DNA of 64,000 nt, from the NCBI RefSeq assembly GCF_006345805.1, contig NC_043001.1, forward strand, positions 19,530,001-19,594,000. The letters run 5' to 3'. The translations under genes and the position numbers were made by a program. Shown one piece after another: positions 1-10,801 of the stretch (positions within the stretch are counted from its first letter, which is position 1; the number at the start of each line of letters is the position of its first letter). Under the pieces are notes generated by a model. That model was not told where the DNA came from, did not search any database, and saw only the letters and a list, made by a program, of their open reading frames with translations. Source of the stretch: Octopus sinensis. Taxonomy: Eukaryota.

Positions 1-501
1 CACCGATGGTCATGATCGAAAATGTACGATCGCGAATACAACCGAACAAAATGAGATTCTTCCGAAGGATCTCTGGATTAACGTCATTCGCCTGCGTACG
101 TAACTCGAAGATCGGGGTCTCTCCGCATTGAAAGGTCACGGCTCCGATACTATGGACATGGGATTAGAATGTCATAGAAAAGGATCGCAAAACAGATTCT
201 TCAAGCTGAGCCAACCGGCAAAAGACTTCGCAGTAGACCGCGTGCGAGATGGATGGATGAATAACTGTAGTCTCAGTTAGTCACGCTTGGGAATCCAGCC
301 AAAAAGGGTAGTGACGGTTGCTTCTGTAGGATCCTATGGAAGAGATGTCTGAGGAAACTACCTCCACGACTCTCTCAGGAGTAGTTGCTGGAGAAAATGG
401 ATGGATGGATGGATGGATGGATGGATGGATGGATGGGTCGATGGATGAATGGATGGGTTGATGGATGAATGGATGGATGGATGGATGGATGGATGGATGG
501 A
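1..501 (+). mobile_element. RTE-clade LINE 3' remnant with (GGAT)n tail
   Basis: Manual translation with a frameshift and stops gives NKMRFFRRISGL...IERSRLRYYGHGIRM*KRIAKQILQAEPTGKRLRSRPRARWMD, typical of RTE ORF C-termini. It is followed by a GGAT array at ~398-501. Confidence 0.8.
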
Positions 502-637
502 TAAGTGTATTGGGAGCAATTGGTTAGGATTTGTTTGCCTTCATCAGAATGTCAATGTTAGTAATATTCCAATAAAGTCAGCGGGCAAAACAAATGAAAT
601 AACTTGACAGTTGAATCTCTAAGATATATCCTGCAAA

Positions 638-1035
638 TCTCTCTCTATATAAAGCTGAAGTTATCCCTGTATAGCAGGTTTGGTAGCCTTCAACTAACAC
701 TATCTCCTTCGAGACCCTGCGGAGCAAGTTGACCAAAATTGTGAGTACGATAGTAGAAGGCTTGCTCTTCCTTCCGTAGAAAAAAAATTCAAATCGGACC
801 ATGTTAACACCAAAAATTATTTACATCAAAAAGGTGCTTTTTTTCTAAGAAAATCCCTATTTTTTTACGATTTTTTGACTGCTGTGTCGCCATTTTTCGG
901 TGTATTTCAATCAGAAAAATGTTCACTTAAAGAGAATAACAAGCTACATAATGCAAAATTTTTACTTTTCAAAAATTCCAATTCTAAAGGGTCGAAAAGA
1001 AAACAAGCCCGAGCAACGCCGGGCGATACTGCTAG
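638..1035 (+). mobile_element. Non-autonomous Helitron
   Basis: 5' A|TCTCTCTCTATATAAAGCTGAAG; 3' hairpin CCCGAGCAACGCCGGG followed by CTAG|T. The 3' end is shared with the copies at 15268, 26418 and 37040. Confidence 0.75.
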
Positions 1036-1707
1036 TACAATTTAAATTCGATTTATGGATGGACGGATCAAGATAAAGAAACAGTGCAATCTCTAGCGTC
1101 AACTCCGGTAGCTTCCTCATGTTGACGTTATTTAATATATTACAGTGTATCAAAGTGGCGAATCGTTACTGTGCCGGAAAAAATACTCATCGACATTTCT
1201 TCCAACTGTACATTTTGAGTTCAAATCTACCAGGATTGACTTTACCTTTCATCTTTCGATAAAATAAATACTAGTTGAGCACTGGGGTCGATATAATCGA
1301 CTCGCGCATTTCTCCAAAATTGTTAGCCTTGTGCCAAAATTTGAAATTAATGTATTATAGTGTATCAGAAAAACACAATTACATTCCATTTTCATCATTA
1401 TATCCAAGCAGCAAAGCTGTCACTCGCAACTGTGTGACAGCTGGTAGCATGAGCAATGCTTTTCATTAACTGTTTTAGGCTCCTATGAAATCGCGAGCAG
1501 ACGTAGAAGCCCTCTTGGATCGTCCCACTCTTGACTCAGCGAAACCTTTGTGAATATGAGTGAGAGAACTGCACCAGCACTAAGGAATACTCATTTTCAG
1601 TGGAGTAAAAAGGAGCAACGTGAAACGTAACAACGTAGCTAGGAGGGAGGAGCGGTCCACTGCAGGTGATACCATTATAGGGGCGACACTTTAAGGTCTG
1701 CGGTACT

Positions 1708-1938
1708 GCGGCGAGCTGGCAGAAACGTTAGCACGCGGGGCGCAATGCTGAGCGGTATTTCGTCTGCCGCTACGTTCTGAGTTCAAATTCCGCCGAGGTC
1801 GACTTTGCCTTTTATCCTTTCGAGGTCGATTGAATAAGTACCAGTTACGCACTGGGGTCGGTATAATCGACTTAATCCGTGTGTCTGTCCTTGTTCGTCC
1901 CCTCTGTGTTTAGCCCCTTGTGGGTAGTAAAGAAATAG
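1708..1938 (+). mobile_element. tRNA-derived SINE, family A (GGCGGCGAGCTGGCAGAAACG... head)
   Basis: Near-identical to more than 10 other copies in the window. B-box-like GAGTTCAAATTCC; ends GTAGTAAAGAAATAG. Confidence 0.85.
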
Positions 1939-2361
1939 TTACTGCTGTACAATCATGCATAGGCAAGAGGTCCGGAGGGGACGGCCAACTCAAAGGTGGT
2001 CCCAGGTGGCACACACTCTAGCTATGCCACTGGGGAACCGGTATGACAACACAACGTGTTACCTGGTCTAAGAATCAAACTCTTGGTTTTTTATCATTAA
2101 CCAACATTCTAACCACTAAGCCACGCATCTTCACATGATCAATATGTACAAAGCATTTCTACACAAACCTGTGGTGTAGCGTAGGTTTTGGCTGCCTTGT
2201 GCTGTTGTCAAATTGCCCGCCATCTTTCTTAAATGCAACAGTTTCGACTACAACCACATAAATACATAAATTGGTCGCTCTGTGCGGGCCGCACATCCGC
2301 ACATCCACAAACCCATACACCACGGTATGTCACTGCTGCAAACTTGTTAGCATCGAACAGC

Positions 2362-2788
2362 GTAAAGGCACTGACAACTTAAGCAGTCGTCCGGGGCATC
2401 ATGTGTTTAGTAGTGTCACCTGATGTGTTTAGACTGGAACCAAAGACGAGAAATCGTGAATGCTGGGGCCTTTTTATAACCTGCTAAAGGCTCCAGTAAG
2501 AACCCAAAAAGACCGTGTCATGGGACCTTATCCGAAGGCCGTGATTGGTTGGCTTACACATTGGCGCGAAATAAGGCGAGAGAAAAACTGCGCCAATGCC
2601 AACCAATCAGAGCAGTGGACACAACAGGGTTCAAATAGCCGAAGATGGTTGTTATCTAACACGAGATCATTTCTAATATATCTCTCAAACAGTGAGGATA
2701 TCAGCTACGCTACATGTAAAGGCACTGACAACTGAAGCAGTCGTCCGGGGTATCATGTGTTTAGTGGTGTCGCATCATGCGTTTAGAG
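2362..2788. repeat. Two ~70-bp direct repeats enclosing an inverted CCAAT-rich motif
   Basis: GTAAAGGCACTGACAACT..AGCAGTCGTCCGGGG.ATCATGTGTTTAG occurs at 2362 and 2716. Between them, GATTGGTTGGC...CATTGGCGC is inverted against GCGCCAATGCCAACCAATC (2543-2608). Confidence 0.65.
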
Positions 2789-3023
2789 TAAACACAGATA
2801 AGCAAATGGAAAACACGAAAATAAAAAATGAAATAAAGTATCCTATTGGTATATTTAGTAGATTATAAAAACACTTTACTTCTACATTCGCAGTTTTCTC
2901 TTTGTAACAAATTAAATTAAACAAGTCAAGGAGCCGAAAGCTGCTTTATCCAGGACGCCTATAACCCATGGGTTAGTTATGCTTAGTGATAAATTCAATT
3001 GCATGACGGATAAAGTTACCAAA

Positions 3024-3330
3024 TGTTTGTTTGTTCCTTCTCGAGCCACGCCTGGCTCATAAGGGCCAGTTTCCTGGTTTCCTTGGCGTATAGGTTCCCC
3101 ACCTGGACGGGACGCCGGTCCGTCGCAGGTGAGCTGCAAGATGCAGGAGGAAAGAGTGAGAGAAAGTTGTGGCGAAAGAGTCAGCAGAAGTTCACTATTA
3201 CCTTCTGTCGGAGCCGCGTGGAGCTTAGGTGTTTCGCTCATAAACACACATATCACCCGGTCTGAGATTCGAACCCGCGATCCCTCGACCGTGAGTTCGC
3301 TGCTCTAGCTACTAGGCCATGTGCCTCCAC
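3024..3330 (-). mobile_element. tRNA-derived SINE, family B (GTGGAGGCRCAATGGCCYAGTGGTTAG head)
   Basis: tRNA-like head with A and B boxes; related to the copies at 3554, 10007, 46475 and 47357. Confidence 0.8.
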
Positions 3331-3553
3331 AAAGTTACCATATAACAGGGTTAAAATTTAAGTGAAATTTAATCCAGCCAATACTAACAGTGGGTTTCTG
3401 TGTGTATACTAAATACTATAACGATTGCGATGAGGAAGAGTATTTTAAACAGTTTCATCTAAACGAAGGTTCTTTTTTACTATTCAAGTGCTAGCTGGGC
3501 TTTCAGAACTCACAAGGCTCATAAACGTGTTTTTCATGTACCATATAGACGAA

Positions 3554-3943
3554 GTGGAGGCGCAATGGCCCAGTGGTTAGGGCAGCGGACTCGCGGTCAT
3601 GGGATCGCGGTTTCGATTCCCAGACCGGACGTTGTGAGTGTTTATTGAGCGAAAACACCTAAAAAGCTCCACGAGGCTCCGGCAGGGGATGGTGGTGATC
3701 CCTGCTGTACTCTTTCACCACAACTTTCTCTCACTCTTACTTCCTGTTTCTGTTGTACCTGTATTTTCAAATGGCCGGCCTTGTCACTCTCTGGGTCACG
3801 CTGAATATCCCCGAGAACTACGTTAAGGGTACACGAGTCTGTGGAGTGTTCAGCCACTTACACGTTAATTTCACGAGCAGGCTGTTCCGTTGATTCGGAT
3901 CAACCGGAACCCTCATCGTCGTAACTGACGGAGTGCTTCCACC
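3554..3943 (+). mobile_element. tRNA-derived SINE, family B, long form
   Basis: Head GTGGAGGCGCAATGGCCCAGTGGTTAGGGCAGCGGACTCGCGG...GGTTTCGATTCCC; flanked by direct repeat AGACGAAG(T). Confidence 0.85.
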
Positions 3944-4098
3944 AGACGAAGTCACATTAGTAGTTAAAAGCCACAAGTAAAGAGTATATGGAGTCAGTAT
4001 AATACAGGCTAAAATGGTATTTTGTCAGTTAGTTGTTACGTGATAGGTTAGAGACAAACATATTTAAGCAAAATGAGTGCATGTGAGAAACAGGTATG

Positions 4099-4664
4099 GG
4101 TACTATTTAAGAAGAGTGGTCCCGGTGCGTGTACTCGCGTACTCACGCATCCGCGCTAGCTAGTCGTGACTAGTCGATCCTACAACGACTACCTAGCGCG
4201 AGTGCGCGTATGCAAATTAATAGATGTTCTTTTTAAAAAAAACAAATAGGGTTTTTTAAAACAAAATAATCTTTTTTTTAAACAAAGTAAATAAATTATT
4301 TTTTCTAAACAGCTTTGCGTAAAAAAATAGTTATTTTGTGTTTTATTTACTTTGTTTTTTAAAAAATTATTACTTTGTGTAAAAAAATTATTTATTTTGT
4401 TTTTAAAAAGAAAACATCTATTAATTTGCATACGCGCACTCACGCTAGGTATTTCACTCAAACACACATATCGCCCGGTCTGAGATTCGAACCCGCGATC
4501 CCTCGACCGTGAGTCCGCTGCTCTAACCACTAGGCCATGTGCCTCCGCAAATTTACCATATAACAGGGTTAAAATTTAAGTGAAATTTAATCCAGCCAGG
4601 ATCGACTAGTCACGACTAGCTAGCGCGGATGCGCGCACCGGGACCACTCTTCTTAAATAGTACC
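4099..4664. mobile_element. MITE with GG..CC termini and 8-bp TSD (Merlin-like)
   Basis: TIR GGTACTATTTAAGAAGAGTGGTCCCGGTGCG / CGCACCGGGACCACTCTTCTTAAATAGTACC; TSD CAGGTATG at 4091-4098 and 4665-4672; long internal inverted arms. The Merlin assignment is inferred from the GG start and 8-bp TSD. Confidence 0.85.
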
Positions 4665-4991
4665 CAGGTATGAATGGTAAAATAAAATTTGATTGAATTT
4701 GATAGTGAGGCCCAAATGAAGTATTTTATGGAAATCTACCGTTAATGTAATCCAATTACTTTGAGCGGTACGTTATAGATACACAACAATGAATAATGTT
4801 AGTGGAAAAATCAATGAAGCCTTAGGGATGGCAGTGGGGAATGATTCACCCGCATACACGAAATTGGCGTTACTCTAGCATGCCCCTTCGTTAGATTACT
4901 AAAACGATTTTTAAAAAAACTATGGTTACACGTGTTATGGGGGAGAACGGTCGCGTTGAGGTTCGAACCTTGATCTGTCATCAGAGTTGTT

Positions 4992-5415
4992 GGATCTTTT
5001 CGGTTTGAACGGCAGCTTTTTCTAGCGGTGTCATATGAAATTGTCACCCATAATTATGACCCTAGTATCGATCTATTGCATTTCAATCGGCTTTAGGGTT
5101 AGGGTTAGGGTTAGGGTTAGGGAGGAAGGATATCTTTTTTCTTCACAAATGTAAATAAACCCAATCTGTTTCTTAAACGAGAGACATATTCATACGGCAC
5201 AGAATGTTTTCACCTCAATAGACGTCATTGATTGGTTGAAATTGCAGAAATTGAAGAAAAAAAACGACAAATATCTTACAAACTATAGAATTTTCTCAAT
5301 AAAGCCAAGAGAAAAAAGATGTTTCATAAACACATTCTACCAGTATACGAAGTTTAAAAGTGTTTAGTTACGTGGAAATTATTTTTAAAAACTGCCGTTC
5401 AAACCGAAAGGATCC
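4992..5415. mobile_element. MITE with GG..CC termini and 8-bp TSD (Merlin-like), carrying (TTAGGG)5
   Basis: TIR GGATCTTTTCGGTTTGAACGGCAG / CTGCCGTTCAAACCGAAAGGATCC; TSD GAGTTGTT at 4984-4991 and 5416-5423; five TTAGGG copies at 5093-5122. Confidence 0.85.
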
Positions 5416-5540
5416 GAGTTGTTTGTTTAGTGCTAAATCAACACTCACTTTTCAAATCTATTTGTACTCAACTCAATATTTTTAGATATCTAGGACTACA
5501 TTATTTTATGTATACGACCTATTAAGGTAGTAGGGTGTGA

Positions 5541-5541
5541 T

Positions 5542-5619
<78 letters not shown>
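5541..5619. repeat. (GA)n microsatellite
   Basis: Direct reading. It produces the spurious SLSLSL ORF. Confidence 0.95.
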
Positions 5620-5625
<6 letters not shown>

Positions 5626-5996
5626 CTGATATTTCTAGCACCGCAATCAACCACAGCTCCTCTGTCTAGGGGAAGTAATTCATTCATAATTTTTCAGCGG
5701 CGTCATTTTCTGATAATATTTGAAATGTTAAAAAGAGACAACGTATCAGGTGTGATTAATACATGTATCTAACTTATAATCAACAGATATAGTAATTAAT
5801 AATCCATATTTTTTTCTATCAATAAAATATAAACAATAAATAAATTACTCCATTATTACTATTTATGAAATAAAAATGTTATATATGTTTTAAAAAAATA
5901 TATTTTATTTTTTATTTATGATTTGCTTTATGTCTATCGTTGTTTGAATTGCATAATAGTGGTTTTTCTCTAATTTATATAGTGACCATTCTCTTA

Positions 5997-6061
<65 letters not shown>

Positions 6062-6069
6062 TAAGAAAT

Positions 6070-6131
6070 GGAGTTAAACTCAGGTGTTATTCAAATCTTT
6101 AAAGATTTGAATAACACCTGAGTTTAACTCC
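6070..6131. repeat. Perfect 62-bp spacerless palindrome
   Basis: GGAGTTAAACTCAGGTGTTATTCAAATCTTT|AAAGATTTGAATAACACCTGAGTTTAACTCC; the two 31-nt arms are exact reverse complements. Confidence 0.95.
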
Positions 6132-6303
6132 CTTCCTTTATTTATCTGTTATATAAAAACATTTCACCAAACCCTGAAATGTCTACCTTTGTAAGCAGGG
6201 TGTAACATCCTTGGTACTTATGTCAATTGTTTGCTACCCCCGTAACTATTTATTTATTTTTCCGTGTTACTTGTACACATTGAAAAAATACACATACATT
6301 TAA

Positions 6304-6335
<32 letters not shown>

Positions 6336-6360
6336 ATCTATGTATGTATATATATATACA

Positions 6361-6396
<36 letters not shown>

Positions 6397-6421
6397 TAAA
6401 TGTATTATGTATGTATATATG

Positions 6422-6493
<72 letters not shown>

Positions 6494-7320
6494 ATATATA
6501 TGTAAGCGATGAAGTTTTATTTTTGTAGCGATGCCTGTTATGGTGCAACGTCGAGATCACCAATTGTAACGGGTAAGATTGATTAGCAAGCAATAATATG
6601 AAATGTCGGAGTCAACAGTTGTGACGATAAAAGTTTGTTCTTATAATTGCATGTTGTAGGATGTGAAAGATGAACAATGCGTGAAGTTTTAAGGAAATAT
6701 TTACGTTACAATACCTTGCCTCAACCGGTAAGTTATAGCATCCGAGAACATGCGAAAGAAAGTTAGATGCGGTAGAATGTTTCTTTGCATAATTTGGCGT
6801 ATACGAATTGTTTGTAGTAATCTGCAGATAGCGATAGAATGATGTTGTAAGAGAACAGAATTAGAGCTAGTGAGATTTGTAGGGTGTTGTTTCACAGCTA
6901 CTGACAGCAAGCTTCATTTCTTCCTCTGACCAAGGTTCTAGCTGGTCAGCCAGACTTCGTCGTCACCGTAGTGACTAACTGGTTGCGTCATCACTATGTG
7001 ATTGAATTCGTTGAGTCGTCACCGACTGATTTTTGCTTGGGGTGTTCTTGCATTTATAACTATCCAGCAGGATAGATATATCATTGAGAACAATAGATTT
7101 AGTTGGTGGTTTTGTTATCTCTATTCTAGGTTTTGGTGAAGTAGAAGAGGTTAGAAAGGGTCAAGTGATGAAGACATTATTTCGGCCTAGCTAAAAGCAT
7201 CTGGAAAATGTAAAACTCCTGTCAGAGAAAAACCATTGTTCCACCGTGGGAAAAGTTCTGTTGCAGTGTTAATTTAAATTTTACTGTGGTGGATTGAATC
7301 CACTTCATGCATGCAAGATC

Positions 7321-7418
<98 letters not shown>

Positions 7419-7880
7419 TACAATGGAATAAGTAATATTAGAACGAATTCTTACAAATGAATTCCGCAGCACCAACAACCAATATTACAGAAATCAGGGA
7501 TCAGTTTAATGAGTATTACCTTCACGGACAGTGAATCAGCAAGGGGTTCGAGACATGGTATCCTGTAGCTGCGAGTTTTTGGGTTCAGGAAGGAAAACTC
7601 AAGAAAACGCAGATATTAATCCTGTTTCCTAATTTCTCATAACTTCAGCTAACGTCACATTATATGAGGTTATCAAAAGCTTCTCTTTTTTTTTTGTGGG
7701 GTTTTCTCTTTTTCGGTCATTTAGCAATATCTATCATTTCTAGTGCATTCCTGTCACTGTTAGAAATATCCTAACAAGCTTGTATCTCTATACTGTGCTA
7801 TGTTACTTCGAATAGCGCTGTTTCGCTCAGAGCTGCATTTTTAGGTATGTATCTAAAGCGCTAAGTGAGGTACTGCTGTA

Positions 7881-8081
7881 AGGCGGCGAGCTGGCAGAAA
7901 CGTTAGCACGCCGGCGAAATGCTTAGCAGTATTTCGTCTGAGTTCAAATTCCGCCTTTCATCCTTTCGGGGTCGATTAAATAAGTACCAGTTACGCACCG
8001 GGGTCGATATAATCGACTTAATCCGTTTGTCTGTCCTTGTTTGTCTCTTCTGTGTTTAACCCCTTGTGGGTAGTAAAGAAA
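7881..8081 (+). mobile_element. SINE family A with 14-bp TSD
   Basis: TSD GAGGTACTGCTGTA at 7867-7880 and 8082-8095. Confidence 0.9.
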
Positions 8082-8646
8082 GAGGTACTGCTGTATATCC
8101 CGTTTTGTGAAATATAACCTAATCTATTTTAAGTGTAAGGACCGTGCGATGTGAGGTGCGAGAATGGCTTTTTAGTACCACATCACACAGCTCTTACAAT
8201 AAAGAAAATATTGATATAACCGTTTACTTGCCAGATGGAAAAGGAGACAACCGCGTAGAATGATTAAGAGAAGATTTATTGATATCTTAACGTGTGTGTC
8301 TGTGTGTGCGTCATGTATACAGAATAATAGACAAGCCGTCATGAGAACAAAATGTATGTATGTGTGTGTGTGTGTAAGTATAGATGTATGCGCGTGTTAA
8401 GAACATTTAAGGATAGTAATGAAGAAGGAGACACTGAAAGAGTCTGTAGACATCGAAGTGAGAAGTAAATTCGTAGATACAAGAAAGATAATACCAGTTC
8501 GTAGTCAATAGTTCACGGTAGTTGAAATACTCTATCAAGAAATCGCGGTCACGATGCTGAGCCGGTTACGAGTACATGTCGTACGTGAAGTCGTGGCTGT
8601 GATACTGCTGCCTGGGTCACTGGTACAGGAGTTCATATAGGTTGTA

Positions 8647-8931
8647 TAGTCGACCTCGGCAGAATTTGAACTCAGAACGTAACGACAGACGAAATACCTA
8701 TTTCTTTATTACCCACAAGAGGCTAAACATAGAGGGGACAAACAAGGATAGACATAGGTATTAAGTCGATTACATCGACCTCAGTGCGCAACTGGTACTT
8801 AATTAATCGACCCCGAAAGGATGAAAGGCAAAGTCGACCTCGGCAGAATTTGAACTCAGAACGTAAAGACAGACGAAATACCGCTAAGCATTTCGCCCGG
8901 CGCGCTAACGTTTCTGCCAGCTGGCCGCCTC
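8647..8931 (-). mobile_element. SINE family A with partial internal tandem duplication
   Basis: Full copy at ~8697-8931 plus a repeated body segment joined at the GAAATA|CCTATTTC junction. Confidence 0.8.
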
Positions 8932-8943
8932 ACAATGTGTTAC

Positions 8944-9053
8944 GCTTAGTGCACCGAGGTTTCCCAAGCGGTCACCTATCTAAGTACTAACTAGGCTCGA
9001 TGTTGCTTAACTTCGATGATTGGACGAGAACCGGTGCTTTCAACGTGAAGTAT
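8944..9053 (-). pseudogene. 5S rRNA pseudogene (5'-truncated, or a 5S-derived SINE head)
   Basis: The reverse complement ATACTTCACGTTGAAAGCACCGGTTCTCGTCCAATCATCGAAGTTAAGCAACATCGAGCCTAGTTAGTACTTAGATAGGTGACCGCTTGGGAAACCTCGGTGC matches metazoan 5S rRNA from about nt 11. Box C is mutated (TAGATAGG versus TGGATGGG). Confidence 0.85.
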
Positions 9054-9551
9054 AATAAACGAATATTTTTGAGTATTAGTTTCTTTTATTTTAGAGCACA
9101 GAATAAATGCTAATATTTGTTGTGCAAAAATGTTGACATCTAAATTAATATTTCGAAACAAGATTGCATTTCAAACAAAAACGAGAAAAGATGTTCACAT
9201 ATTTAAGCAAAAAAAATATTTAAAAAGCATACAAGAAAAGAAAGAAAACATTTGACCACATTTGAGCATAACTTAAATAATATAACCTGAAATGAAACTT
9301 TGTAAGAAATATAATTTGAATTAATTACAAAATTAAATTTACTAGTATGTCTCTGCAGTTTTAAATGGAAAAAGTTTTGTTCAAATTTGAGCAACAAAAT
9401 ATCTAAGAATTTGTGGCCTTTGGGGTAACATGGGTAGATCAAATATGAAATTCCAGTGTGTAAATGTTTGGAATGCGTAATTATGAATAAAATTTTTTTC
9501 AGACAATTATATGGTAGGATTCTAGTCATGATGAAATATGAATCCATATTT

Positions 9552-10636
9552 CAGGGTTGACCTGTAACTAAATAACGGCACCACTGATATTTGAACCCTG
9601 TTACAGATAATATGACCATCTCATCGTCCTATTATATTTTCATATAGGGTCCTTCGAATCATTCGCGGAAAAAGTGATGGTATCTAGTAGAAAGGATAGC
9701 ATTCAGCATCGGTGAAAAGTACAGAGTTTTTCGATAGTTCAGAATCAACATACAAAATATCCCACAACGTACGAACTTCTAAATTTCTTCACAATATTCT
9801 AGTCATGATGAAATATGGTAAAGAATTTTCATCTAAATTCCTTTTCGATTAGTTTTATCGTTGATTGTCAACCGGTGTTTTATCCTCTAGCCATGGTCTC
9901 TGATGGGATTCTGACTAAGAACCTCTTTTATTAAACTGAAGAAACAAAGAACCCTTGTTCGAATGCAATCTGATTAATAGTCCCAAAAATTATAATCCTA
10001 CCATATTTTTATTTATTTATTTATGCGCCCTTTTCAAGCCTAGCCAGTTTTATGGGCCCGGTTTCCCGTTTTCTGTGGCTCTGTGGCGTATGTGTTCCCC
10101 CCAGCTGGACGGGACACCAGTCCATCGCAGCGTTACTCAAGAAACAGGAAGAGAGAGTGAGAGAAAGTTGCGGCGAAAGAATACAACAGGGGTCGCTACT
10201 ACCCCCTGCCAGAGCCTCGTGGAGCTTTTAGATCTTTTCGTTCAATAAACACACACAACGCACGGTCTGGGAATCGAAACCGCGATCCTCCGTCCGCGAG
10301 TCCGCTGCCATAAACACTGGGCCATTGCGCCTCCACAAATCCTACCATATACTATGTGTTTACAGTTTTATTGATGTTTTAAAGTATATTTTCATATAGG
10401 GTCCTTCGAATCATTCGCGGAAAAAGTGATGGTATCTAGTAGAAAGGATGGCCTTCAGCGTCGGTGAAAAGTAAAGAGTTTTTCGATAGTTCAGAATCAA
10501 CATACAAAATATCCCACAACGTACGAACTTCTAAATTTCTTCACAAGTTTATATAATAGGACGATGAGATGGTCATATTATCTGTAACAGGGTTCAAATA
10601 TCAGTGGTGCCGTTATTTAGTTACAGGTCAACCCTG
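9552..10636. mobile_element. MITE-like element with ~85-bp inverted arms, an internal ~160-bp direct duplication and a nested SINE
   Basis: CAGGGTTGACCTGTAAC... (9552-~9637) is inverted at ~10551-10636. Segment ~9633-9793 is repeated at ~10385-10546. No clear TSD. Confidence 0.65.
10007..10337 (-). mobile_element. SINE family B with 13-bp TSD
   Basis: TSD AATCCTACCATAT at 9994-10006 and 10338-10350. Confidence 0.9.
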
Positions 10637-10801
10637 ATTGAGTAGTCGTGATGAAAGGCATTCCAGGATTGATCATCCCATCGATTTAGGCGCATCTTGG
10701 ACTTCTTTAGGTGTGTATAATGTGTTTTTGTTTTTGTTTTTTGTTTTTCCTTTTTGTTTCTCTTTTTCCTTTTCTACTTTTAAGTTGTTAGTGTGAGAAT
10801 T

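Noticed and set aside
3554-3630. tRNA gene candidates at SINE heads (also 10270-10337, 46475, 51827, 53601)
   Set aside because: Each continues into a shared SINE body, several with TSDs, and lacks a proper acceptor stem, so these are SINE heads rather than tRNA genes.
5093-5122. Chromosome end or fusion site
   Set aside because: Only five TTAGGG units, inside a TIR element with a TSD.
6264-6593. ORFs rich in YIYI, SLSL, IIII, YYYY or NNNN (also at ~11850-12409, 13070, 17533, 22259-23006, 43692, 58535)
   Set aside because: They are translations of microsatellites.
6501-7090. Possible solo LTR (minus strand ends AATAAAACTTCATCGCTTACA)
   Set aside because: The other boundary, a TSD and a second copy could not be identified.
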